From Treponema sp. (lineage in GTDB: Bacteria; Spirochaetota; Spirochaetia; Treponematales; Treponemataceae), in contig JAFSJX010000105.1 in assembly GCA_017449285.1 (NCBI GenBank), positions 112,687-176,686 of the forward strand: a DNA stretch of 64,000 nt. Direction: 5' to 3'. Below are positions 24,665 to 32,774 of the stretch, one piece after another. Under the pieces are notes generated by a model that worked only from the letters and a program-made list of their open reading frames with translations, had not been told where the DNA came from and ran no database searches. The first letter of the stretch is position 1. Each line of letters starts with the position of its first letter. The translations under genes and the position numbers were made by a program.

Positions 24665-25644
24665 TTGCCCACCAATTCCAAAATTCGTCTGGAAATCTCA
24701 GGACGGGGCAATACCTCTTTTGCTCCTCCCAATGAAATCGCCGCCGCAGGCATTCCAAACACCGCGCACGTTGATTCGTCTTCTGCGATTGTCCAGCCAC
24801 CACGCTCACAAATTTCCTTACAGCCTTCCGCCCCGTCCGCACCCATTCCCGTAAGCAGAACGGCAAGACACGCATTCTTGTAGAATTTTGCCGCGCTTCT
24901 GAACAGTTTGTTCACTGCGGGGCGCAAGAACCGCTCCGGGTCATCATTTGAAAGTCTGAGGACGGGATTTCCGTTCGGGCGCACATAGTCAATCACCAGA
25001 TGCTTGTCAGCAGGCGCCATGTATACAACACCGGCTCTCGCTTCCTCGCCGTTCTCGGCAAGTTTAATCTGAACATTGTGACACACGCCCGAAAACCAAT
25101 GCGCCATATTTTTGTCCGCACCAATTTCAAGATGCTGGATGTACAAAATCGGAAGCGGGAAATGGTCGCCCAACGAGGAAAGCACCTGCGAAACGGCAGA
25201 AGGTCCGCCCGTAGAAGCTCCGATGCACACAATTTTGAAAGAACCGTTCCCGTCCGCGCATGTAGAGCGTTTTTCCGAAGACGCGGAGATTTTTCCTAGT
25301 TCCTTCACCAGCACATCAAAAAATTCTTTGGTGTAGGAATTAAGCCGTGGTTTTTCCAGCGTCTCCACAATGCCCTGATACTGCACGCCAGAAATTTTAG
25401 AATCAGACAGAAGGACAACAGGAAGCCGTAGTTCATCGGTTATAATATGCAGACTTTCTCTTCCAGCCGGATCGTGAATGTCAAAGCCACAGATAAGCGC
25501 GTCAGGGCGTTCATTTTGTGCGGAAAGAATGACTTTTTTTCCGTTCGACACGGAGGCGATGATTTCAATTTCTGCGTATTTTCTTAAATTCTGTTCGATG
25601 ATAGCACGGACTACAGCAGAACCGTCCGCGATGATGAGTTTCAT
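24661..25644 (-). CDS. cheB: Chemotaxis methylesterase CheB (REC + esterase)
   Basis: Motifs GASTGGP, HLEIG, GMGADGAEG and FGMP. Confidence 0.9.
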   Translation of the reverse strand: MKLIIADGSAVVRAIIEQNLRKYAEIEIIASVSNGKKVILSAQNERPDALICGFDIHDPAGRESLHIITDELRLPVVLLSDSKISGVQYQGIVETLEKPRLNSYTKEFFDVLVKELGKISASSEKRSTCADGNGSFKIVCIGASTGGPSAVSQVLSSLGDHFPLPILYIQHLEIGADKNMAHWFSGVCHNVQIKLAENGEEARAGVVYMAPADKHLVIDYVRPNGNPVLRLSNDDPERFLRPAVNKLFRSAAKFYKNACLAVLLTGMGADGAEGCKEICERGGWTIAEDESTCAVFGMPAAAISLGGAKEVLPRPEISRRILELVGK

Positions 25645-26177
25645 TTTTTCTCTCCCCGATTTTTATTTATAAGCCCCGCAGAAAAAAATGTCCGCAGAAG
25701 ATTGTCTAGCGACAGAAGAATCTGCTTCCGCGTAAGACGATTGTCCTTTTCGTCCGCAAGAAAACCTATCGCCGCCACGCCACATTTTGTCTGTGCAGTG
25801 CGGATGCTTTTGGGAATCAGCCGAAGCGAAGAAATGTCAACCTGTCTGCTCGAAATCGCGCTGTTCACCGAAATCGCAAAATTTCCGCTTGCAGGGAACG
25901 GTGTCTGCGTATACGTCGCAATCAACGTCCGCACGTCTTTCGCAAAATCACGCATCCGCATCACCAGAATCACGCCACAGTTTTCCTTTGACTTGCACGA
26001 AAATTCTTTTTCCAAAAGCGCGCCAATATGAATGTGCGGCAAAATTTCCTCGTTAAATGCAATGTTCCGTACATTTTTCGCAACATCAAGGTACATTCCG
26101 AAGACCATATACTTGCTCTGAATGAGAAAATCCACGCTGTCGTAGGCGATGCAGGTAAAATATTCAGTCGCTTCCAA
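25641..26177 (-). CDS. Divergent CheW-like coupling protein (uncertain)
   Basis: 178 aa. The pattern of hydrophobic strands resembles a CheW domain (ISVNSAISSRQVDISSLRLIP, GVAAIGFL...ILLSLDNLL) but is weak. Embedded in the che operon with 4-nt and 14-nt overlaps. Confidence 0.45.
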   Translation of the reverse strand: MEATEYFTCIAYDSVDFLIQSKYMVFGMYLDVAKNVRNIAFNEEILPHIHIGALLEKEFSCKSKENCGVILVMRMRDFAKDVRTLIATYTQTPFPASGNFAISVNSAISSRQVDISSLRLIPKSIRTAQTKCGVAAIGFLADEKDNRLTRKQILLSLDNLLRTFFSAGLINKNRGEKK

Positions 26178-26670
26178 GGTCTTTCCTTATGAGCAGTTCA
26201 AATGCGTTCGGATTCAAGACGGGAATTTCCTCGCCGTTATAGCCGAGCGTTCCTAAGAAAAATGCTTCCTCATCGTTCCCAGGAATAAGGTTCAGTTCAT
26301 TTTCGTCCATTTCGGCAAAAAACAGGATGTCGGAGATATGAAGCGAAAGTTGGTCGTCATCGCGCTTCAAAATCAAAAAGAGCGGTTCTTCAGGCGGGAC
26401 TGTCTCTTTTTCGCCAAGCAGAAGACGTGGATTTATGACGGTAAACGGATCGCCGCGCCGGTTCAGCACGCCCTCAATATAATTCGGCATAAACGGCAGT
26501 CGGTACACAGCGACATCACGGATAATTTCAAGGACATCGCCTGATTTTACGGCATATTTTTTGCCCGCAATGGAAAAAAACAGCCACGTTATCATGCGTT
26601 TTTCTTCAACGACCTCATCTTCCGTCTTATTCTTCAGCGCAATCTGCTCGATTATCTCTTCGTTCATCAA
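26164..26670 (-). CDS. cheW: CheW
   Basis: FFSIAGKKYAVKSGDVLEIIRDVAVYRLPFMPNYIEGVLNRRGDPFTVINP is a typical CheW sequence. Confidence 0.85.
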   Translation of the reverse strand: MMNEEIIEQIALKNKTEDEVVEEKRMITWLFFSIAGKKYAVKSGDVLEIIRDVAVYRLPFMPNYIEGVLNRRGDPFTVINPRLLLGEKETVPPEEPLFLILKRDDDQLSLHISDILFFAEMDENELNLIPGNDEEAFFLGTLGYNGEEIPVLNPNAFELLIRKDLGSD

Positions 26671-26685
26671 AACTCCTTTGCCGTG

Positions 26686-28485
26686 TCATTCCGAACGTGA
26701 TTCAGAATTTTTTTTGTCGCCCAATTCTTCGGCAATTGACTTTAAATTCTGTGAGGTCTGCGAGATATGCTCGGTCGCCGACGTAAAATTTTCAACGCCA
26801 GAGGCAATTTGTTTGAGCGTGATAAGAATCTGCTCGCTCGCCGCTGCCTGCTGCTGGATAATCGTGGTGATTTTTCCCGCGCTGTCCGCCGTGCTTTCGG
26901 AGGCATTTTTGATGCTTGTAAAGCGTTCCTCCAGATTCTTCGCGTTCTCAACGCCCTCTTGGATTTTTTCAGTTCCATTTTCGCTCGCAAGGATAAGGCT
27001 GTCGGAACTCTGCTGGATTTCGGTAATCCGCTCCTTGATTTCCTTAGTGCCGTCAATAATTCCATCCGCAAGCCGCCGAATTTCCGTTGCGACGATGTGG
27101 AAATTGCGCCCCGCCTCGCCCGCACTGCTCGCTTCCAGTTCCGCATTGAACGCGATGATTTTTGCCTGGTCTGCGACCGAATTAATCAGCGTAACGATGT
27201 CCCAGATGTTCTCAATCTTGTCGCCCAGCGATTTGATTCCAGAAATCGTGTTCAGGTTCGTGGCGGCAATTTCTTGCAGTTGCTTTACATTCTCTTCAAG
27301 GTAGGCAACTCCGTCCGAAACATCGCCGCTCGTCTTGGTGGCAGCCCCAGAAACATCCTTGATTTTCTGAGAGATGTCCTCAGAAAGCGCGGTATTGTCT
27401 TCCATCGTGGCGACGATTTCCTTGACCGCTGCGCTCTGATCCTGCGCTGTAACCGCCGTTTCTTTTGAGGAGACCGCAAGATTCTGAATCTCCTCCAAAA
27501 TGCTGATTCCCACTTTTTTCTCATTTGAATGAAGCAGATGCAATCTGAGGAACACAAAGAACACCAAAAAGATGAACACAAGCACCACAAGGCAGAGCGA
27601 AGCCGGAACGATTGCCCCCGCGATAAATGCCGGCACCGTGTAATTTTTTGTCACAACGATATTCCAGCAGATTTCCCCCAGCGGCTCAAAGGCATACACG
27701 GTGTTTTCCTCCGCGATAAAAGTCTCGCCGATTTCAGCCAACTCATCCTCACGCCCGCGGAAATCGGGAATAATCTCCGTGATAGGCGTTTTATTTTCCA
27801 GATGCTGCAAATCCATTGAGCCGGTCGTTTCCAGCGCGTCGTTGTAAATGTACATCGCATAATTTTCGGGCAAATCCGAATACAGCGAATTGACGAATTC
27901 TGAAATCGGGATGCCCGTGCCAATCAGCCCCAAAAAGTCATTGTTCTGATTGCGGACAATGCAGTTGACCCACATAAACGTCTGTTTTAGCCCGATGTCA
28001 TAGTTGACGTTGAATTCATAGGATTTGTCCGAATTCATCAGGCTGACATACCATTCGCTTGAAGGCTCGCGCTTATTCATCGTGTACAGATATTTGTTGT
28101 TGGAATAATAGCGCAGGTCAGCGTCACTAATCATAAAAGAAAGTTTGCTCAAAAATGAATTCTGATAGGCAAGCACCTCGTCAAACGCATCCGTCCGCAG
28201 CGCGTCATCAGAGGGATGCTCAAAATACTTGACGATGAGCGGAGATTTTGCCATCTGCAAGGCAAGCACGAGCTGCTCATTCAAGCCAAGGTCAAATTTG
28301 AGTTTCATATTCTTTACAAACTGGGAAAGTTCCTTGTGGCTCGCTCTCTCAAAATTGGCGCGTGCGCTTTTGGCGATGAAAAAGAAACTTCCCGCAAGAA
28401 TAGCGACAAGAACCACCGCAAAAACCAATGCCAGAAGCGGGAACGGCAGCCGTTTTGATTCATTTTTGACTTTAAGTAAGCTCAT
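26686..28485 (-). CDS. Methyl-accepting chemotaxis protein (Cache-like sensor)
   Basis: Two TM segments flank a ~270-aa periplasmic domain. The highly conserved signalling hairpin IIAFNAELEASSAGEAGRNF is present. Confidence 0.9.
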   Translation of the reverse strand: MSLLKVKNESKRLPFPLLALVFAVVLVAILAGSFFFIAKSARANFERASHKELSQFVKNMKLKFDLGLNEQLVLALQMAKSPLIVKYFEHPSDDALRTDAFDEVLAYQNSFLSKLSFMISDADLRYYSNNKYLYTMNKREPSSEWYVSLMNSDKSYEFNVNYDIGLKQTFMWVNCIVRNQNNDFLGLIGTGIPISEFVNSLYSDLPENYAMYIYNDALETTGSMDLQHLENKTPITEIIPDFRGREDELAEIGETFIAEENTVYAFEPLGEICWNIVVTKNYTVPAFIAGAIVPASLCLVVLVFIFLVFFVFLRLHLLHSNEKKVGISILEEIQNLAVSSKETAVTAQDQSAAVKEIVATMEDNTALSEDISQKIKDVSGAATKTSGDVSDGVAYLEENVKQLQEIAATNLNTISGIKSLGDKIENIWDIVTLINSVADQAKIIAFNAELEASSAGEAGRNFHIVATEIRRLADGIIDGTKEIKERITEIQQSSDSLILASENGTEKIQEGVENAKNLEERFTSIKNASESTADSAGKITTIIQQQAAASEQILITLKQIASGVENFTSATEHISQTSQNLKSIAEELGDKKNSESRSE

Positions 28486-28512
28486 AGGGTCTCCTGTTTT
28501 TCTCTGCTTATT

Positions 28513-30240
28513 TTATTTACGCAGTTCTTCTGCAATCACCTGCAATTTCTGGGAGGCTTCCGATACATTTTCCGTTGCGCCCCTGAACCGGTCTACGCCG
28601 GAAGAAATTTGTTTGAGCGTCAGCAAAATCTGCTCGCTTGCCACCGCCTGCTGCTGGATAATCGTGGTGATGTCGCCCGCGCTGTCTGCCGTGATTTCGG
28701 AGGCATTTTTGATGCTCGTAAACCGTTCCTCCAGATTTTTCGCATTTGAAACACCCTCGCGGATTTTTTCCGTTCCACTTTCAGAAGCAAGGATGAGCGT
28801 GTCGGAACTCTGCTGAATCTCCGTAATTTTCGCCTTGATTTCCTTTGTGCCGTTGATGATTCCGTCCGCAAGCCGCCTGATTTCCGTTGCGACGATGTGG
28901 AAATTCTTTCCCGCCTCGCCCGCGCTGCCCGCTTCCAGCTCCGCATTGAACGCGATGATTTTTGCCTGGTCTGCGACCGAATTAATCAGCGTAACGATGT
29001 CCCAGATGTTCTCAATTTTGTCGCCCAGCAGTTTGATTCCCTCAATGGTGTTCTGGTTTGCAAGCGCAATCTCCCGGAGTTGCTTGACGTTCTGCTCCAA
29101 GTATGAGACACCTTCGGCAACGTCATCGCTCGTCTTTGACGCGACATCCGAAACATCCTTGATTTTTTTGGAGATGTCCTCGGAAAGCGCGGTGTTGTCT
29201 TCCATCGTCGTGACAATTTCTTTGACCGCCGCGCTCTGATCCTGCGCCGTATTCGCGTTCTCCCTGGAAGAAAGCGCAAGTTTATGCGTTTCGTCAATCA
29301 GGTGGTTGCTCGCCCGCTCTTCCTTCCGCCTCATTCGGCTGATAATGAACGCCGTAATCGCCATGATGACGATAAAAAGAATGGTGAACGCGGCAGTCAG
29401 CAGAATCTTTGTTGCCGTGGAAAATGCGTTTACGTCCTTTATGCTTTTTCCCAGCACATAGAACCACCCCGTCATCGGAATCTGCGCGACACGGAACACA
29501 TATTTTATGCCATCAACCTTGCCGAACACAAAATCATCGCCAACCTCAAGCATTTTTTCGCCCAGTTTGCGGTATTTGCCGTTCTCAATCGTAAGGATGT
29601 TGTCGTCTGCCGTGTATATCTCATGCATAAAAAAATCGCCGCGCGGAGAAAGAATGAACGATTTGTCAAGCAAATCCGTCTTTACCTCTCCGACAAACAT
29701 CTGCAAATCTTCCAGCGGAAAGTCAAAGGCGATAACACCGTCAAGTTCCTCATTCTTATACACTGCAATCGAAAACGTCATCACAAGTGCGTTAGTCAGG
29801 TCGCTCACATACACATCGGAATAATACATCTCGCCCGCATTTTCGACCGCCCCGGAATACCATGCGCAGTCCGTGGGAACATACCCGTCAGGAACGTCAA
29901 TATTCGGTCCCTTGAACATCGTTCCGTCCGCACGGCAACCATAAAACCCGGGGAAATCAGGATATGCAAGCGACATCTTCTCAAAAACGGCATTTGTCTC
30001 GTCATCATCGTCAAAAAAACCGTCCTTAAAAAGCCATGCGATTGCCTCCGTCATCTTTGAAGGCGCGGTCAGCGTATCCTCAAAATTCAGCACACATTCC
30101 CGCATATTGGAATACATCAATCGGTACGCCTGCTCTTCGGTGAAATTGGAGACAAGATTTGCCACAATAATCGTCGTGAGAATAAAGAACGCCGCAACAG
30201 ACACGCCAATCAGCAACAACGCCCTCTTTACAAAAGCCAT
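28513..30240 (-). CDS. Methyl-accepting chemotaxis protein (Cache-like sensor), paralogue of 26686..28485
   Basis: The signalling domain is about 85% identical to its neighbour, while the sensor domain is unrelated (YSDVYVSDLTNALVMTFS is Cache-like). Confidence 0.9.
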   Translation of the reverse strand: MAFVKRALLLIGVSVAAFFILTTIIVANLVSNFTEEQAYRLMYSNMRECVLNFEDTLTAPSKMTEAIAWLFKDGFFDDDDETNAVFEKMSLAYPDFPGFYGCRADGTMFKGPNIDVPDGYVPTDCAWYSGAVENAGEMYYSDVYVSDLTNALVMTFSIAVYKNEELDGVIAFDFPLEDLQMFVGEVKTDLLDKSFILSPRGDFFMHEIYTADDNILTIENGKYRKLGEKMLEVGDDFVFGKVDGIKYVFRVAQIPMTGWFYVLGKSIKDVNAFSTATKILLTAAFTILFIVIMAITAFIISRMRRKEERASNHLIDETHKLALSSRENANTAQDQSAAVKEIVTTMEDNTALSEDISKKIKDVSDVASKTSDDVAEGVSYLEQNVKQLREIALANQNTIEGIKLLGDKIENIWDIVTLINSVADQAKIIAFNAELEAGSAGEAGKNFHIVATEIRRLADGIINGTKEIKAKITEIQQSSDTLILASESGTEKIREGVSNAKNLEERFTSIKNASEITADSAGDITTIIQQQAVASEQILLTLKQISSGVDRFRGATENVSEASQKLQVIAEELRK

Positions 30241-30258
30241 TTTTTACTCCTATGCGCA

Positions 30259-30267
30259 ATTATATCA
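30259..30267 (-). promoter_or_regulatory. Extended -10 (TGATATAAT) upstream of the first MCP gene
   Basis: Minus strand reads TGATATAAT, 18 nt containing AGGAG, then ATG (30240). Confidence 0.45.
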
Positions 30268-30315
30268 CGATTCTGCAAAATATAAAAATCAAAATTACAA
30301 TTTTTATTCATTTTT

Positions 30316-30402
30316 GGGCGCACGGCTACGCCGCCGGGCTATCCGCCCTTCGCTCACGCTCATTGCCGCAAGCGGCAACTTCGGGGCTACTATCCCTTGC
30401 GC
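30316..30402 (+). repeat. GC-rich dispersed repeat, copy a (inverted relative to b and c)
   Basis: Contains cgctcacgctcattgccgcaagcggcaa...ggggctactatcccttgcgc, which aligns with the reverse complement of copies b and c. It overlaps the last codons and double stop of the OppCD gene. Confidence 0.65.
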
Positions 30403-32594
30403 TCCGCTTTCCAGCACACCGTTCCCACCTGCTTACATCCATCTTTCGCATAGGCACACCGCGGTGCGAACGGACAACCCGGCTCCGGGTGCGCGGGGTC
30501 AGTCACACGGCCAGGAATGGAGACCAGTTTTTCGGTCGTGTAGTGTGTGCCGAATTTCGGGCTGGAAGCGAGCAACGCCTGCGTGTACGGGTGGCGGGCG
30601 TGGCTCATAATCTGCTCACTCGTTCCTCTCTCCATAATCAGACCGCCGTACATAACGATGATGTTGTCGCACAATCCCGCCACCAAATCAATGTTGTGGC
30701 TGATGAATATAATGGAAAGTTTCCGTGTCTTTCGTAAATCGGCGAGCAGGGAAACAATCTGCGCCTGAATCGTCACGTCAAGCGCGGTGGTCGGCTCGTC
30801 AGCGATCAACAGTTCGCACCCCTGCGCCAAAGAAAGTGCGATTCCGATTCGCTGTAACTGCCCGCCCGAAAACTGGTGCGGATAGTTTTTCAGGCGGCTT
30901 TCGGGGTCGGGTAAGCCCACTTCGCTTAAAAGCGCGACCGCCTTTTTGTCAGATTCAGCGCGCGGCATTTCCGGGAATGAATTTCTGAATGTCTCAAAAA
31001 ACACCGCGCCGATATTCTGCAAGGGGTCAAAACTGCGTCCCGGCTCCTGAAAAATCAGCCCGATTTTCTTTCCACGGTAAGCGCGCATTTCTTTTTGGCT
31101 GAGCGCGGTAAGTTCAACACCATCGAAGAAGATTTTTCCTTCAACGGTCGCGTTTGACGGATGCAAGGCAGGAATTGCAGTTGTGGTGACGGATTTTCCG
31201 CTTCCAGACTCGCCCACGATACCAAGGATTTCCCCGCGCTCCATGCTGAACGAAACGCCCCGCACGGACTGAATGGTGGTATACGAAGAGCCGCGCAGCA
31301 CGGAAAACGACACGCGAAGATTTTGCACGGAAAGCCAAGCCGCAGGCACTGCGTTAGGGATAGTAGGGGCGGCGCAAGCCGTTGCGGAATGAGCCTGCGA
31401 ATGGAGCAATGGAGCGTCAGCGGAATCCCGAATAGCCCGACCGCGAAGCGGGAACGCCCTAAAAACCTGCGCTAATCTGCGTCCACCTGCGTTTTTTTTC
31501 TTTCGCCATGTGGGAAAAATCACATGATATGGGTCAAAATAGTCGCGGAGCGCGTCGCCCAAGAAATTGAACGCAAGCGTAACGGCAAGCAACAGCCACA
31601 CCGGGGTGAGAAGCCACGGAAAATTCTTGAGGTTTGAAAGCGTTGAGATGTCGCGGTTTATCAGGCTTCCCCAACTCACCGCCGGGTCTGCAATGCCCAA
31701 GCCAAGATAGGACAAGGTGGTTTCGCTCATAATAAAGCCCGGAATGGCAAGCGTTGTGCTGACGATAAGAAGGCTCGTAATCTGCGGAATGATGTGCGCA
31801 AAAATAATCACCGTGGACGGAATGCCTTCCAACGCCGCGTCCTGCACAAATTCCTCGCGCTTGATTGCGTGAACCATGCCCCGAAGCGTGCGCGCGCTCC
31901 CCGGCCAGCCCACCAGCGACAAAATCACCGTGATTATCATGTAGGACGTGCCAGAATCCATCTTGCTGTTCAAAAGCGAGCGCAAAAACAGAATTAAGTA
32001 CAAGCCCGGAATGAGCATAAAAAATTCGGAGAAGCGCATAATCGCCCAGTCCGTTTTGCCGCCGTAATAGCCCGCAAGCCCGCCAAGCAGAATTGCCAGC
32101 ACCAGCGAAATCGCGCTCGCCACAAAACCAATCGTAAGCGAAATGCGGCTTCCGTAGACGATGCGGCTAAAAAGGTCGCGTCCCAGATTGTCCGAGCCGA
32201 GCAAAAACACGGGATAGGTTTCGCCGGTAACGGGGTCTGGCACTACACCGAACAAGTGGCGGCTCGTCTGGAACAGCCCGAACAGGCGGTACGGCTCACC
32301 TTTGACAAAAAATGAAATCTTGTGGCGGAATTCCGCGCCTTTGACTTTCGCATATCGCCACGTAATCGGATTTAAGACGCGATACTCGCAGGCGACAATG
32401 CCTTTTGCGCCGTTTGCCCCGCCAAAAGAAAACTCGATGTTTCCGGGATGGAACGTGTCTTCCTCAAAAATGCGCGTAGGCGTGTACGGCGCGATGAACG
32501 GGGCAAAAATCATCATCAGGTACAGCGCAATCAGCACGATGACGGAGATGATGGCAAGAGGACGTGTCTTTAGATAATTGAAAAGTCGTGTCAT
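30390..32594 (-). CDS. Fused oligopeptide ABC permease (OppC-like) and ATPase (OppD-like)
   Basis: The N-terminal half is a 6-TM BPD permease ending ...LGDALRDYFDPYHV. A ~65-aa low-complexity linker follows, then an ATPase (GESGSGKS, FSGGQLQR, HPYTQALL, CPFAPRC). Start MTRLFNYLK at 32594. Confidence 0.75.
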   Translation of the reverse strand: MTRLFNYLKTRPLAIISVIVLIALYLMMIFAPFIAPYTPTRIFEEDTFHPGNIEFSFGGANGAKGIVACEYRVLNPITWRYAKVKGAEFRHKISFFVKGEPYRLFGLFQTSRHLFGVVPDPVTGETYPVFLLGSDNLGRDLFSRIVYGSRISLTIGFVASAISLVLAILLGGLAGYYGGKTDWAIMRFSEFFMLIPGLYLILFLRSLLNSKMDSGTSYMIITVILSLVGWPGSARTLRGMVHAIKREEFVQDAALEGIPSTVIIFAHIIPQITSLLIVSTTLAIPGFIMSETTLSYLGLGIADPAVSWGSLINRDISTLSNLKNFPWLLTPVWLLLAVTLAFNFLGDALRDYFDPYHVIFPTWRKKKNAGGRRLAQVFRAFPLRGRAIRDSADAPLLHSQAHSATACAAPTIPNAVPAAWLSVQNLRVSFSVLRGSSYTTIQSVRGVSFSMERGEILGIVGESGSGKSVTTTAIPALHPSNATVEGKIFFDGVELTALSQKEMRAYRGKKIGLIFQEPGRSFDPLQNIGAVFFETFRNSFPEMPRAESDKKAVALLSEVGLPDPESRLKNYPHQFSGGQLQRIGIALSLAQGCELLIADEPTTALDVTIQAQIVSLLADLRKTRKLSIIFISHNIDLVAGLCDNIIVMYGGLIMERGTSEQIMSHARHPYTQALLASSPKFGTHYTTEKLVSIPGRVTDPAHPEPGCPFAPRCAYAKDGCKQVGTVCWKAERKG
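31351..31459 (-). repeat. GC-rich dispersed repeat, copy b, translated as the OppC-OppD linker
   Basis: Shares agggatagtag, gccgttgcggaatgagc, atagcccg and cgccc blocks with copies a and c. Confidence 0.65.
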
Positions 32595-32609
32595 AAAAAC
32601 CTTACTGCA

Positions 32610-32620
32610 AGTATAGCACA
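32610..32620 (-). promoter_or_regulatory. Extended -10 box TGTGCTATACT upstream of the OppCD gene
   Basis: 15 nt (containing AAGG) separate it from the ATG at 32594. Confidence 0.45.
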
Positions 32621-32774
32621 ATACGTAAAAAAAATCAGCAGGATTGGAAAAATCGACTTTTCATCTATATTCATACGAATGGCTTTGGGAAAGGGTAAAA
32701 ATTTGATTTTTTTTCTTTCTCTTTTTAATGGCTTTTTTTAATTTCTCAACATATAATTAGTATGGAGATTTGTT

